Below are positions 1-9,772 of a stretch of 64,000 bases of DNA, piece after piece (positions within the stretch are counted from its first letter, which is position 1; every line of letters begins with the position of its first letter). The notes under the pieces were generated by a model. It was not told the DNA's origin. It was given only the letters and a program-made list of their open reading frames with translations, and made no database searches. Source of the DNA: a virus; the IMG/VR virus record IMGVR_UViG_3300023184_000081, positions 1 through 64,000 of that record. One strand, given 5' to 3'. Both the position numbers and the translations under genes were made by a program.

Positions 1-953
1 GAATTAGTCAAGTTATTCAGCTTGGTGATATTGTTGATCGTAGAAAGTTTATCAATTATATAACTCTAAACAAACTTAAATCGTTTGTTGATAAACATAG
101 AGACAATAACATTACTCTACATGTTCTTATAGGAAACCACGATGTTCCGTTTAGGAATACTAATTCTATAAATTCGATGGATGAATTATTTTCTGACAAT
201 AATTTTCTTCACGCATATTCTGATCCTAAAGAAATAGAAATTGATGGATGCAAATTGCTAATGATGCCATGGATCAATAGTTCAAACTATCAAGAATGCA
301 TGGAAATTATGAAGACGACTAAAGCTCAAATACTGTTTGGGCATTTAGAAATAAAAGGTTTTGAGATGTATAGAGGCATGCCTTCTCATGATGGTTTTGA
401 TGTTTCTAAATTTGATAAATTCGACACAGTTTTTTCTGGCCACTTTCATAGAAAATCAGAAAGTAGAAATATACGATATGTAGGAACACCTTATGAGATA
501 ACTTGGTCAGATCATGGCGATCAGCGCGGATTCCATATATGGGATACAGAAACTAGAGAGCTAGAATTTATTGAAAATACAAATAAGATGTTTTATAAAG
601 TTTGGTATGACGATTCAGAACAAACTCTGGATAAACTTCTTAGTCAAGACTTCGACTATGTAAAATCTTCATACGTTAAAATTATTGTTCAAAATAAAAC
701 TAATCCTTATTGGTTCGACTTATTCGTAAATAAAATATACGAATCATCGCCGTCAGATGTTACAATTGTTGATGATCATCGAAATATGGACGATCTCGAC
801 ACAAACGATTTAGCCAATGAAGCTGAAGATACTTTGACAATTTTGTCCAAATATGTTGGAAACTTAGAAACCAATGTTGATAAAAAAGACCTTGACAAAT
901 TGATGCATTCACTATATAATGAATCTTTATCTATGGAACTAGATGAATGTTGA
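1..953 (+). CDS. gp47: T4-like recombination endonuclease subunit gp47 (Mre11/SbcD-like), 5'-truncated by window edge
   Basis: Frame open from position 3 (…QLGDIVDRRK…GNHD…), then FSGHFH, GTPYE metallophosphoesterase motifs; directly precedes gp46. Confidence 0.95.
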   Translation, partial: ISQVIQLGDIVDRRKFINYITLNKLKSFVDKHRDNNITLHVLIGNHDVPFRNTNSINSMDELFSDNNFLHAYSDPKEIEIDGCKLLMMPWINSSNYQECMEIMKTTKAQILFGHLEIKGFEMYRGMPSHDGFDVSKFDKFDTVFSGHFHRKSESRNIRYVGTPYEITWSDHGDQRGFHIWDTETRELEFIENTNKMFYKVWYDDSEQTLDKLLSQDFDYVKSSYVKIIVQNKTNPYWFDLFVNKIYESSPSDVTIVDDHRNMDDLDTNDLANEAEDTLTILSKYVGNLETNVDKKDLDKLMHSLYNESLSMELDEC

Positions 954-2656
954 AATTTAAATCTGTTAGATGGAAAAATTTGCTATCTACGGGAAGCGCA
1001 TTTACAGAAATTTTATTAGATAGAAATACGAATACTCTAGTTGTTGGAGAAAACGGTGCTGGAAAGTCGTCTGTTCTAGATGCTCTTTGTTTTGTTCTTT
1101 ATGGTAAGCCGTTTCGTAAGATTAAAAAAGATCAGCTGCTCAATTCTATAAATGGGCGCGATCTTGTTGTAGAAATTGAATTCGAAATATACAATAAGAA
1201 ATATAAAATTATTCGTGGAATAAAGCCTACGATTTTTGAAATATATCAGAATGATGTATTACTAGATCAGGACGCGGCTAGCAGAGACTATCAGGAGTAT
1301 CTAGAGAAGAATATTTTGAGAATGAATATGAAGTCGTTCACTCAGATTGTAATTCTAGGATCGTCATCTTTCGTTCCTTTCATGCAACTTCCAGCAGGGA
1401 TTCGCAGAGAAGTCATTGAAGATCTCTTAGACATTAGAATCTTTTCAACAATGTCTGTGTTATTGAAGGATAGGATATCTAGCAATAAAGAAGAAATATT
1501 AACGAATAAGAATGAAATTCAAAACTCTATAGATATATTGGAACTACACGAAAAGCAAAAACAAAAGAATAGTGAAAAGAAAAATGAGATCATAATTGTT
1601 TCCAATGAAAGAATATCAGAATTACACTTTAATATTAGCAGAGCAAACGAAGAAATAACTATGGTTCAAAGTGAGATCGACAAGTTATTTGTTGATATTG
1701 AAGATGAATCTAAAGTTATCAAGAGAATATCTAAGATAGAATCATTAGAGAGTGATTTAGAATCTACAAAAACTAAAGCCAAAAAGACTATAAAATTCTA
1801 TGAAGACAACGATAATTGTCCTACCTGCACGCAAACGATTGACGCACTTATCAAGTCGAAGAAAATCGAGGAAAAGCAATCGTCATTGGCTAAGATTAGC
1901 GACGCGCTTATTCTTCTTGGAAAAGAACTCAGCGAAACTCAGAATAGGAATCGCGAGATATCTGAAATTAATAAAAACATCAAAAGTAAAGAGCGAAGGA
2001 TTACAAATGATTTGTCAGCTTCTGTGCTCGCGGATCAACGTGAAATTACTGTTTTGCAAAAGCAAATCGCAAATACCACAACTGATAAAGAAACAGACAA
2101 TGCTGTTGAAATCGATGAAATAGAAAAACGCCTTATCGATCTAAGACTGATTAAAGATCAGCTTTTGCATAGAAAAGAATTATATGAATTAGCTTCAATC
2201 ATATTGAAGGACGGTGGAATTAAGTCACGGATCATCAAACAATATATTCCGATTATGAATTCTCTGATTAATAAGTATCTTGCTTCTATGGACTTCTTCG
2301 TTAAGTTTCAATTGAATGAATCCTTTGAAGAAACTATTCTTTCTCGTCATAGAGATGACTTCACTTATGATTCATTTAGTGAAGGTGAAAAGATGAGAAT
2401 CGACCTAGCCTTGCTCTTTACATGGAGAACTATTGCTAGGATGAAAAATAGCGCGAATACAAATCTTCTTATGTTGGATGAAGTGTTTGATGCGTCATTG
2501 GATGCAAATGGATGTGAAGAGTTTCTAAAATTAATTCATAGTTTAGAAGATGCAAACGTATTCGTTATATCCCATAAAGGTGATATTTTGCAGGATAAAT
2601 TTAGAAGTACAATTAAATTTGAAAAACATAAAAACTTTTCTAGGATATCTCTATGA
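947..2656 (+). CDS. gp46: Recombination endonuclease subunit gp46 (Rad50/SbcC-like ATPase)
   Basis: Walker A GENGAGKS, coiled coil with CPTC zinc hook, FSEGEK signature, LLMLDE Walker B, ISH. Confidence 0.96.
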   Translation: MLKFKSVRWKNLLSTGSAFTEILLDRNTNTLVVGENGAGKSSVLDALCFVLYGKPFRKIKKDQLLNSINGRDLVVEIEFEIYNKKYKIIRGIKPTIFEIYQNDVLLDQDAASRDYQEYLEKNILRMNMKSFTQIVILGSSSFVPFMQLPAGIRREVIEDLLDIRIFSTMSVLLKDRISSNKEEILTNKNEIQNSIDILELHEKQKQKNSEKKNEIIIVSNERISELHFNISRANEEITMVQSEIDKLFVDIEDESKVIKRISKIESLESDLESTKTKAKKTIKFYEDNDNCPTCTQTIDALIKSKKIEEKQSSLAKISDALILLGKELSETQNRNREISEINKNIKSKERRITNDLSASVLADQREITVLQKQIANTTTDKETDNAVEIDEIEKRLIDLRLIKDQLLHRKELYELASIILKDGGIKSRIIKQYIPIMNSLINKYLASMDFFVKFQLNESFEETILSRHRDDFTYDSFSEGEKMRIDLALLFTWRTIARMKNSANTNLLMLDEVFDASLDANGCEEFLKLIHSLEDANVFVISHKGDILQDKFRSTIKFEKHKNFSRISL

Positions 2657-3324
2657 ATCGATTTGAAAATATACCTATATTATTTAATGAAGTATATAAA
2701 CTTGGATATATATCGTGTTCAGTTCCCACTGATATTACTCAATGTATAGAAACTGAAATTCAAAAAATGATAGAGACTGATTTTAGAGATTGTATTAGTT
2801 ATAATTCACAGTTAGCTGGATCTATTCATAATGAATACCTTTTGACACAAAGCGTTCGTTGTTTAGATGAATTTTTAAAAGTCGTGGCTCCTAGATATTG
2901 GGATTATTTTGGAAATATGAATGCGTATAAAGATCATAGAATCCAGATGAATAGGACGCTAAGTAAAGAATACGGATATCCGATCAAAGATTTGTGGATA
3001 AATTTTCAAAAGAAGTATGAATTTAATCCAATACATTCGCACTCAGGAGACCTTTCTTTTGTAATATGGCATAAAATACCATACGATATAGAAAAAGAAA
3101 AAGAAATGGCTAATATCGGAAGAACCGCAGTTGCTGGATCGTTTGTTTTCAATTATCCAGATCATCTTCATAGGGGAGGAGTTAGTCAACATCCCATAGT
3201 TGTAGATAAGTTTCGTAAAGATACTATCATTATTTTTGACTCAAGAATGCAACATCTTGTATATCCGTTTTATACAAGTGATGAATATAGAATATCTATT
3301 TCTGGAAATTTGGAGATTATATGA
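2653..3324 (+). CDS. Putative 2OG-Fe(II) oxygenase
   Basis: WINFQ…FNPIHSH, distal H-V-P-F and RISISGN C-terminus typical of phage 2OG-Fe(II) oxygenases. Confidence 0.75.
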   Translation: MNRFENIPILFNEVYKLGYISCSVPTDITQCIETEIQKMIETDFRDCISYNSQLAGSIHNEYLLTQSVRCLDEFLKVVAPRYWDYFGNMNAYKDHRIQMNRTLSKEYGYPIKDLWINFQKKYEFNPIHSHSGDLSFVIWHKIPYDIEKEKEMANIGRTAVAGSFVFNYPDHLHRGGVSQHPIVVDKFRKDTIIIFDSRMQHLVYPFYTSDEYRISISGNLEII

Positions 3325-3533
3325 CAAAAGAATTTTTATCTGAATATGGATCTAGTGTGCCTATCGTAGAATGTGATCGTTCTGATTGTAGAATAATTAA
3401 AAGTAAAAAATTTACTCCACTTTATCAAAATGAAGTTTATGATAAGAACGGAAATGTTCTCGCTGAAAATTGTTCTGGTTCAGAAATGAAATGTTTAATT
3501 TGTGGTAAAGAATGGAAAAGAGAAGAATTATGA
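3321..3533 (+). CDS. Small Cys-containing hypothetical protein (possible Zn ribbon)
   Basis: ATGA-coupled ORF, CxxxxC…CxxC. Confidence 0.55.
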   Translation: MTKEFLSEYGSSVPIVECDRSDCRIIKSKKFTPLYQNEVYDKNGNVLAENCSGSEMKCLICGKEWKREEL

Positions 3534-4054
3534 AATTATCTTTAGTGAGTTCTGATCATCCGATACTTCGTCAAAAGGCTGAAGATTTTGATTTTGTTGG
3601 TGGCTATGATCCAAAAGAATTATTTGAAAGTATGTGTGAACTCATGTGCAAAGAGCGCGGTATAGGGCTCGCCGCTCCGCAATGTGGTATTCCTTTGAAC
3701 GTTTTTATTATGGGGAATCCGTCGGATCCTTCTTCTATCATATCTGTGTTTAATCCAAAAGTCATCGAAGAAATAGGTGAGGATGTTTACTATGACGAAG
3801 GATGCTTGACATTTCCAGGACTATTTGTTAGAATGAAACGCAATAGCGCAATCCGAGTTCGATACACAACCTATCAAAATTTTACAGACACAATAAAATT
3901 TGATGGTATGACCGCTAGAGTATTTCTTCATGAGTGCGATCATTTGCAAGGAGTTCTCTATACGGATATTGCTAAACCTTATCATTTGGAGAAAGCAAAA
4001 CGTAAACAGAAAATTTATGTTAAACAAAAGCAAAGACAAGATGCCCTACTTTAA
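3530..4054 (+). CDS. def: Peptide deformylase
   Basis: GIGLAAPQ, EGCLT, HECDH motifs; likely start MKLSL at 3530. Confidence 0.95.
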   Translation: MKLSLVSSDHPILRQKAEDFDFVGGYDPKELFESMCELMCKERGIGLAAPQCGIPLNVFIMGNPSDPSSIISVFNPKVIEEIGEDVYYDEGCLTFPGLFVRMKRNSAIRVRYTTYQNFTDTIKFDGMTARVFLHECDHLQGVLYTDIAKPYHLEKAKRKQKIYVKQKQRQDALL

Positions 4055-5252
4055 GAGTGATGTTACTTCAGAATCGTCTAAAAAACTATTCACGGTAATT
4101 TCTACATTTGCTGGGGGCGGCGGATCGTCTACTGGATATCGCTTGGCTGGAGGAAATGTTCTCGCAATAAACGAGTTCGTTGAAGAAGCTATCAAAACAT
4201 ATTCATTGAACTTTCCAGATACTAAAATCATTCCTGGTGATATTAAAAAACTTTCAGGAAAAGACTTTCTAGATGTCTCTGGATTAAATGCTGGCGATTT
4301 GGATATATTTGATGGATCTCCTCCATGCTCTGCATTTTCTGTTTCTTCTTCATCTAAGGGGAAAAATTGGAAGGGTGCGATAGTAGATACTCGAAAATCA
4401 TATTTCGATGATGAAGGTGAAATGGTCCACGAGGGATCTGTGAAAATCAGTTCTGGTATAAAGTCATACTCTGATGGAAAAACTGTAGAAGCCATTGAAG
4501 ATCTGTTCATTGAATTTATTCGCGTCGCTAAAGATATAAAACCTAAAGTGATTATTGCAGAAAATGTAAAGGGTTTGACAATGGAAACGGCTCGCGCTAA
4601 ACTAGCAGAGTTCATTAATGGATTTGAAAAGATAGGATATCTTACCACATATAAAGTATTAAACGCAGCAGAGTATGGAGTTCCACAGAGTAGACAAAGA
4701 ACATTCTTTGTTTGCGTTAGAGAAGATGTTGCAGATGCAATTGGAATGAATATGTTAAATGTAAATAGCATTGCATTTCCTGATCCATCTACTCCAAAAG
4801 AACATGGCGAATATTCTAAAGATGTTGGTATTGAGAAAGCGATTGGAGATCTAGTTAATGATCCACAGGAAGTAAAAGAACTATTGGATGTTATTGAAAA
4901 TGGATTCCTAAAGAAATTTGTAGCTTTATTGCCAAAAAATCCATCTAAAGTTCTACAACCAAAAAAGACTTGTTTCAATCTAAAGAGACCAGCTCGTCAT
5001 CTTCCGTGTCCAACACTAACACAGACTGGTCAACAAAAAGGTGCGTCTGGCGTTATACATTATAATGAAGATCGCAAGTTGACAATTAAAGAATTAAAGC
5101 GTATAATGAGTCTTCCTGATGATTATGAATTGACGGGAACTTTCGACCAACAAGCAGAACGTATCGGAAGAATGGTCGCTCCGAAGATGATGTTCGCTTT
5201 AGCAAGTCACGTTTATAAGAATATATTGAAACCATACAAGGATTTATCATGA
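4041..5252 (+). CDS. C5 DNA cytosine methyltransferase-family enzyme, probably a carboxy-SAM-dependent carboxymethyltransferase
   Basis: Motif I FAGGGG, IV GSPPC, VI ENV, VIII QSRQR, IX RKLTIKELKRIM; motif X reads IGRMV instead of IGN(A/S)V; likely start MPYFK at 4041. Confidence 0.9.
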   Translation: MPYFKSDVTSESSKKLFTVISTFAGGGGSSTGYRLAGGNVLAINEFVEEAIKTYSLNFPDTKIIPGDIKKLSGKDFLDVSGLNAGDLDIFDGSPPCSAFSVSSSSKGKNWKGAIVDTRKSYFDDEGEMVHEGSVKISSGIKSYSDGKTVEAIEDLFIEFIRVAKDIKPKVIIAENVKGLTMETARAKLAEFINGFEKIGYLTTYKVLNAAEYGVPQSRQRTFFVCVREDVADAIGMNMLNVNSIAFPDPSTPKEHGEYSKDVGIEKAIGDLVNDPQEVKELLDVIENGFLKKFVALLPKNPSKVLQPKKTCFNLKRPARHLPCPTLTQTGQQKGASGVIHYNEDRKLTIKELKRIMSLPDDYELTGTFDQQAERIGRMVAPKMMFALASHVYKNILKPYKDLS

Positions 5253-5932
5253 CACAGCCGTTTACATTTGCGCAGCGTTCCGAAGGATTTGAAACACATA
5301 TAGACTTATCTATAAGAGGTTATTCTAATCTTATTGACGATGTATTGAAACTTTCAGAATATTTTGTGGAAGACGACACAAATGTTGTCGATATTGGATG
5401 CTCTACAGGAAAGATGTTAAGGTCTATGATCAGTCAAAATTCCTTCGCTAAAAGCGCGTTGTATACTGGAATCGAATTAGAAAAAGAATTTGTCGATGGT
5501 TGGAAACTTGAGTCGATAGCAAATTTCACACCAAATTTATATCTCTTAAACGAAGATGTTCGAGACTTCAATTTCGACAACTGTTCATTCGTTTCTTCAA
5601 TTTTCACTCTAATGTTTATGCCACTGCATCAACGAGAGATGGTCGTCAAAAACATATATAATGGATTGAATTCCGGTGGCGCGTTCGTTTTTTCTGAGAA
5701 GACTATGGCTGACTCTGCAAAAATTCAAGATATCAGAACTTTTACATATTACGACTATAAAAGAACAAATTTCACAACTGATGATATTATGGATAAAGAA
5801 AAAACTTTGCGATCAATGGCTAAACCAAACACCCGTGACGAATTGTTAAATATGTGCAAAGCTGCAGGTTTTAGCAAAATTGAATCTTTTTGGCAAAACC
5901 ATGCGTTTGTAGGATTTCTTGCAATAAAATAA
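5249..5932 (+). CDS. cmoA: CmoA-like carboxy-S-adenosylmethionine synthase
   Basis: FTF…F…SIRGY, DIGCSTG, IFTLMF, GGAFVFSEK, AGF…FWQ…F…AIK match the CmoA family along its length; ATGA-coupled to the MTase. Confidence 0.82.
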   Translation: MTQPFTFAQRSEGFETHIDLSIRGYSNLIDDVLKLSEYFVEDDTNVVDIGCSTGKMLRSMISQNSFAKSALYTGIELEKEFVDGWKLESIANFTPNLYLLNEDVRDFNFDNCSFVSSIFTLMFMPLHQREMVVKNIYNGLNSGGAFVFSEKTMADSAKIQDIRTFTYYDYKRTNFTTDDIMDKEKTLRSMAKPNTRDELLNMCKAAGFSKIESFWQNHAFVGFLAIK

Positions 5933-5935
5933 ACC

Positions 5936-5964
5936 TTGACAATTAACCCTCATGATAGTATAAT
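5936..5964 (+). promoter_or_regulatory. Sigma70-type early promoter
   Basis: TTGACA-N17-TATAAT. Confidence 0.85.
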
Positions 5965-5989
5965 AGTATTTCAAACTACGGAAAAAATC

Positions 5990-8116
5990 ATGATCGATAA
6001 ACTTGCAAAGCTCCTCGCAACTGAAAATATTATTGTTGAACATCGAAACACCTCCACGGCTTCATTCGATACCAAGAATCGAGTTTTAACTCTTCCGATG
6101 TGGAAAGACATCACTCCCGCATTGGAAACACTATTAGTGGGTCATGAAGTCGGTCATGCTTTAAATACTCCAGATTCTGGTTGGAGTCCAATGGCATCTG
6201 AAAAGAAAACTATCTGTAATATCGTAGAGGACGCTCGAATTGAGCGCAAGATGAAGATTAAGTATCCTGGCCTTCGTCGTGATTTTTATGAAGGATATAA
6301 AGAACTCTTTGATAAAGATTTTTTCAAGATAAAAGATCAAAAAATAGAAAAGATGAATTTCTTGAATCGCATAAATTTACATTTTAAGATTGGCGCATTC
6401 CAGAATATTCCTTTCGAAGAAGATGAACAAGGTTTTGTCGATGAAATCGGAGAAACAAAAACTTGGAATGAAATTGTAGATATAACAGATAGAATATTTG
6501 ATTTCTTGAAGGAAAAACAGGATAAGAACATTATAGATCCATCTCCGATTAATGACGATGGAGATGACTACGATCAACAAGAATTTGACATCTTGGAAAA
6601 AGAAGAATCGGATAAATTTGAAAAATCTGACGAATTCGAAGAACAAGACAGTGAAGAAGTAGATCAATTTTCTTGCGATACACAAACTTCAATGGATGAT
6701 AACATTGCAGAACAATTGATTGATGATAAGTCGAAACCGATCTGCTATGTAAATGTTCGCGATATAGAATATAAAGATAAAACTATATCTCATACAACTT
6801 TGCTTCGGATGTTCAAAGATGAAAAAAATACTCGAATAAAAAATGACTGGCAATTTCGAAGCGCACACTCAGATGATTATGATGAGTTTTATAAGAATCA
6901 CGATTCCAAAATCACTAAACAAAATAAAATTTCTTGGAATAAATTTTTAAATGTAAACAGCAAAGTCGTTACTTATTTGATCAAAGAATTTGAAATGAAA
7001 AAAGCTGCTGATCATTATATTAAACAGCGTGAAGGTAAGACTGGAGTCATTAATTCAAATAAACTTCATGCATATACAATTATTGATGATATCTTTAAAA
7101 AGACCACGATTCTACCAGAATCAAAAAATCACGGATTAGTTCTTTTTGTTGATTTTTCTGGATCTATGAGTGAAAATATTTACGGAACAATCGAACAATT
7201 ACTTTGCTTGACATTATTTTGTCGTAGAGTTAACATTCCCCATCGTGTTTATGCATTTACTGATCAAATGATTTCTGAAGAATATCTATCCAAACCCATT
7301 ACAGAAACTTCTCATGTCCCAGGAGATATCGTTGTGACTGGGCAAGATAGATTGCTGGAACTCTTTACAGAGAAAATGCGAAATAATCAGTTTTCTGAAA
7401 TGGGTCAATGGCTTTTGAATTTTGCAGAGGGTGCACGTTCGAGATGCAATGGTTATCGGGGCACGAATGAATACTATTCTCAGTGTATTCATTTGAATTC
7501 AACACCGTTGAATTCCGCATTGATTTATGCCAGAAAAATAATTGAAGACTTTAAAAAGCAGACAAATGCACAAATAATCAATTGTGTCGTTTTGACTGAC
7601 GGTGAATCTAATATTAGTAAATGTGCTGGAATCGCTGCAGCGTTTACATATCATTCTAGAGAAAAAACGATTGCTCGTGATATCCAGACTAAACAAGAAA
7701 TTGTGATAAAAAAACCTGCTATCGATAATGCTTATGATAATAGAAATACGGATGTTTTTGTTGAGTTTCTCAGAAATAGATGCCATGTTAATGTGATTTG
7801 TTATCGAATTGAAAATTCTAATTCTTCTATCAGAAAAACTATTAATTCTGCATGCCGTCCGATGAGTCCTGAAGCCGCAGGAATAAATTACAGAACAATG
7901 CGAAAACAAAAATATTTTCATATCAAAGGATATATGAAATTTGATGATTACTTTTTGATCCATGGTGGAGAAAATATCAATACCGAAGATTCTTTGTTGG
8001 GAGATGAAGTTTATGAGAACAAAAATTCCCTTGCGAAAGCGTTCATGAAAGCCAATGTTCGCCGTGGTATTAGTCGAGTTCTTCTATCGAAATTTATTGA
8101 GAAAATTGCAGCATAA
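5990..8116 (+). CDS. CobT-like VWA-domain protein with N-terminal HExxH metallopeptidase-like domain
   Basis: HEVGH, NIVEDARIE, acidic linker, MIDAS DFSGSM, TPL, LTDGE; adjacent to MoxR ATPase. Confidence 0.85.
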   Translation: MIDKLAKLLATENIIVEHRNTSTASFDTKNRVLTLPMWKDITPALETLLVGHEVGHALNTPDSGWSPMASEKKTICNIVEDARIERKMKIKYPGLRRDFYEGYKELFDKDFFKIKDQKIEKMNFLNRINLHFKIGAFQNIPFEEDEQGFVDEIGETKTWNEIVDITDRIFDFLKEKQDKNIIDPSPINDDGDDYDQQEFDILEKEESDKFEKSDEFEEQDSEEVDQFSCDTQTSMDDNIAEQLIDDKSKPICYVNVRDIEYKDKTISHTTLLRMFKDEKNTRIKNDWQFRSAHSDDYDEFYKNHDSKITKQNKISWNKFLNVNSKVVTYLIKEFEMKKAADHYIKQREGKTGVINSNKLHAYTIIDDIFKKTTILPESKNHGLVLFVDFSGSMSENIYGTIEQLLCLTLFCRRVNIPHRVYAFTDQMISEEYLSKPITETSHVPGDIVVTGQDRLLELFTEKMRNNQFSEMGQWLLNFAEGARSRCNGYRGTNEYYSQCIHLNSTPLNSALIYARKIIEDFKKQTNAQIINCVVLTDGESNISKCAGIAAAFTYHSREKTIARDIQTKQEIVIKKPAIDNAYDNRNTDVFVEFLRNRCHVNVICYRIENSNSSIRKTINSACRPMSPEAAGINYRTMRKQKYFHIKGYMKFDDYFLIHGGENINTEDSLLGDEVYENKNSLAKAFMKANVRRGISRVLLSKFIEKIAA

Positions 8117-8122
8117 TATACC

Positions 8123-8151
8123 TTGACAATTAGGTGCAAGTGAAGTATAAT
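8123..8151 (+). promoter_or_regulatory. Sigma70-type early promoter
   Basis: TTGACA-N17-TATAAT. Confidence 0.85.
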
Positions 8152-8186
8152 ATTAGTTCACGTATCAATTATATAATGGAAATAAA

Positions 8187-9371
8187 ATGAAACATGTAAT
8201 TCTTGAAGAGCTTATTAAGAAATTTGGCGCGAATGCAGTTGTTCGTAAAAAAGAAGTCGAAGAGTATGTTCAATCACTTGGTTATGATAATGCGAAATTT
8301 CTTTATCGAAAAAAATTCAATGTTGGTTGGGGACAGTTTCAATTGCCGGCTGACCTGAAATCTTCAACGATCAATATGATTGCAAAAGTTGTTCCGATTA
8401 CTCGTGAAGCAAAGATTGAGAATAAGATGCAATTTGATCCAAATGCAGAATCCTCGCACAATTATGCGATTGTTCCAGAACGCGATTCTCATTATGTTCC
8501 GTTTGGAGAATTTAAAGACATTGAAAAGATTATAAAATCAAAACAATTTTTTCCAGTGTTCATTTCCGGTATGTCTGGAAATGGTAAGACGCTTATGGTC
8601 GAACAAGCGTGTTCTCGCTCACATACCAAAATGATTCGTATTCAGTTGTCGAAAGAAACTGATGAAGATGATTTGATGGGTGGATTCCGACTCATCAATG
8701 GAGAAACGAAATTCATTAAAGGTCCTGTTCTTCGTGCAATGGAACTTGGCGCACTACTTCTTTTGGATGAAGCTGATCGTGCTGATCCCGGTAAGATTAT
8801 GTGTCTGCAGGGAGTTCTTGAAGGCAAACCATATTTCGTGAAAAAGACTGGTGAAGTTGTTTATGCCAAACTCGGATTTAATATTATCGTCACAGCTAAT
8901 ACTAAAGGAAAGGGCTCGGAAGATGGTCGTTATGTTTCTGCGACGATGCTCGACGATGCTTGGCTTGAACGATTTCCGATCACGATTGAGCAGCAATTTC
9001 CGAATCCGACTATCGAACGAAAAATTCTGACTCTGTATTTTTCAGATAATCGTGAGATAAAAGAAGATGAATCTAAATTTATAGATAAACTTATCATGTG
9101 GGCAGAAGTAATTCGAAAGACGTTTGCAGAAAATGCGATTGATGAAGTTATCTCTACGCGCCGTCTTGTCCATATCGTTCAGACGTATAAGCTCTTTGGT
9201 GATCGTATGCGTTCGATTCGTATGTGTATCAATCGTTTTGACGAAGAAACGAAAACTGCATTTCTGGATCTCTATTCAAAAGTAGATGAGACAGTAACCC
9301 CGCCTTCAGTAGTATCAGATAGTAACATTGAGTCTGGTGCGCAGGAGACTACGCCACCTGTCGTGGCGTAG
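8187..9371 (+). CDS. CobS-like MoxR AAA+ ATPase
   Basis: GMSGNGKT, LLLDE, TANTKGKG, ERF, ISTRRL. Confidence 0.9.
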   Translation: MKHVILEELIKKFGANAVVRKKEVEEYVQSLGYDNAKFLYRKKFNVGWGQFQLPADLKSSTINMIAKVVPITREAKIENKMQFDPNAESSHNYAIVPERDSHYVPFGEFKDIEKIIKSKQFFPVFISGMSGNGKTLMVEQACSRSHTKMIRIQLSKETDEDDLMGGFRLINGETKFIKGPVLRAMELGALLLLDEADRADPGKIMCLQGVLEGKPYFVKKTGEVVYAKLGFNIIVTANTKGKGSEDGRYVSATMLDDAWLERFPITIEQQFPNPTIERKILTLYFSDNREIKEDESKFIDKLIMWAEVIRKTFAENAIDEVISTRRLVHIVQTYKLFGDRMRSIRMCINRFDEETKTAFLDLYSKVDETVTPPSVVSDSNIESGAQETTPPVVA

Positions 9372-9402
9372 GTATTTAAACTTAAACAGGAGCTTCAAAT
9401 AT

Positions 9403-9660
9403 ATGGTTAAAAACAAAACTAGCAAAACGGCACGCGTTCTTTCTTTCCTGAAGAAAGGTTATGATCTTACAGAAGGTCAAGCATGGTCACGATTCGGGGT
9501 TCGTAATATGTCGGCGGTTGCTTCATATCTTCGCATGCAGGGCTATGCGATTTATTGCAATCAGAAGACATTCTCGAATGGTAGTGTCGCATCAGTTTAT
9601 AAGCATGGTGCTCCGACGCGTCGCGTTATTGCTGCTGGCTATCGCGCACTCGCTGCGTAG
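9403..9660 (+). CDS. Small basic HTH-like hypothetical protein
   Basis: CAGGAG RBS before ATG 9403; helix-turn-helix-like pattern. Confidence 0.6.
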   Translation: MVKNKTSKTARVLSFLKKGYDLTEGQAWSRFGVRNMSAVASYLRMQGYAIYCNQKTFSNGSVASVYKHGAPTRRVIAAGYRALAA

Positions 9661-9674
9661 TCTTGTTGTAAAGG

Positions 9675-9701
9675 ACAGGGGAATTAATTCCCCTGTTTTT
9701 C
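9675..9701 (+). terminator. Rho-independent terminator
   Basis: ACAGGGGA-attaat-TCCCCTGT followed by T run. Confidence 0.85.
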
Positions 9702-9731
9702 TATTGTTGATTCAAATATACTGAATTTGAA

Positions 9732-9739
9732 TATAAATA
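9732..9739 (+). promoter_or_regulatory. T4-type late promoter
   Basis: TATAAATA in intergenic space. Confidence 0.7.
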
Positions 9740-9772
9740 AGTGTTTGATGTGAATGTTAAAGGTGAAATATT

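Noticed and set aside
3930-4040. Extended 5' ends from the ORF track (e.g. 3930, 5936, 9328, 13243, 43524, 55544)
   Set aside because: They overlap upstream genes or promoters; downstream ATGs with RBS or translational coupling fit better
4046-4978. 310-aa minus-strand ORF and many other antisense or off-frame ORFs in the track
   Set aside because: Shadows of well-supported + strand genes; no RBS or motifs. Only the nested Rz1-like ORF has independent support.
5990-9371. Cobalamin biosynthesis function for the cobS/cobT-like genes
   Set aside because: No cobN or other cob genes; a generic MoxR/VWA pair
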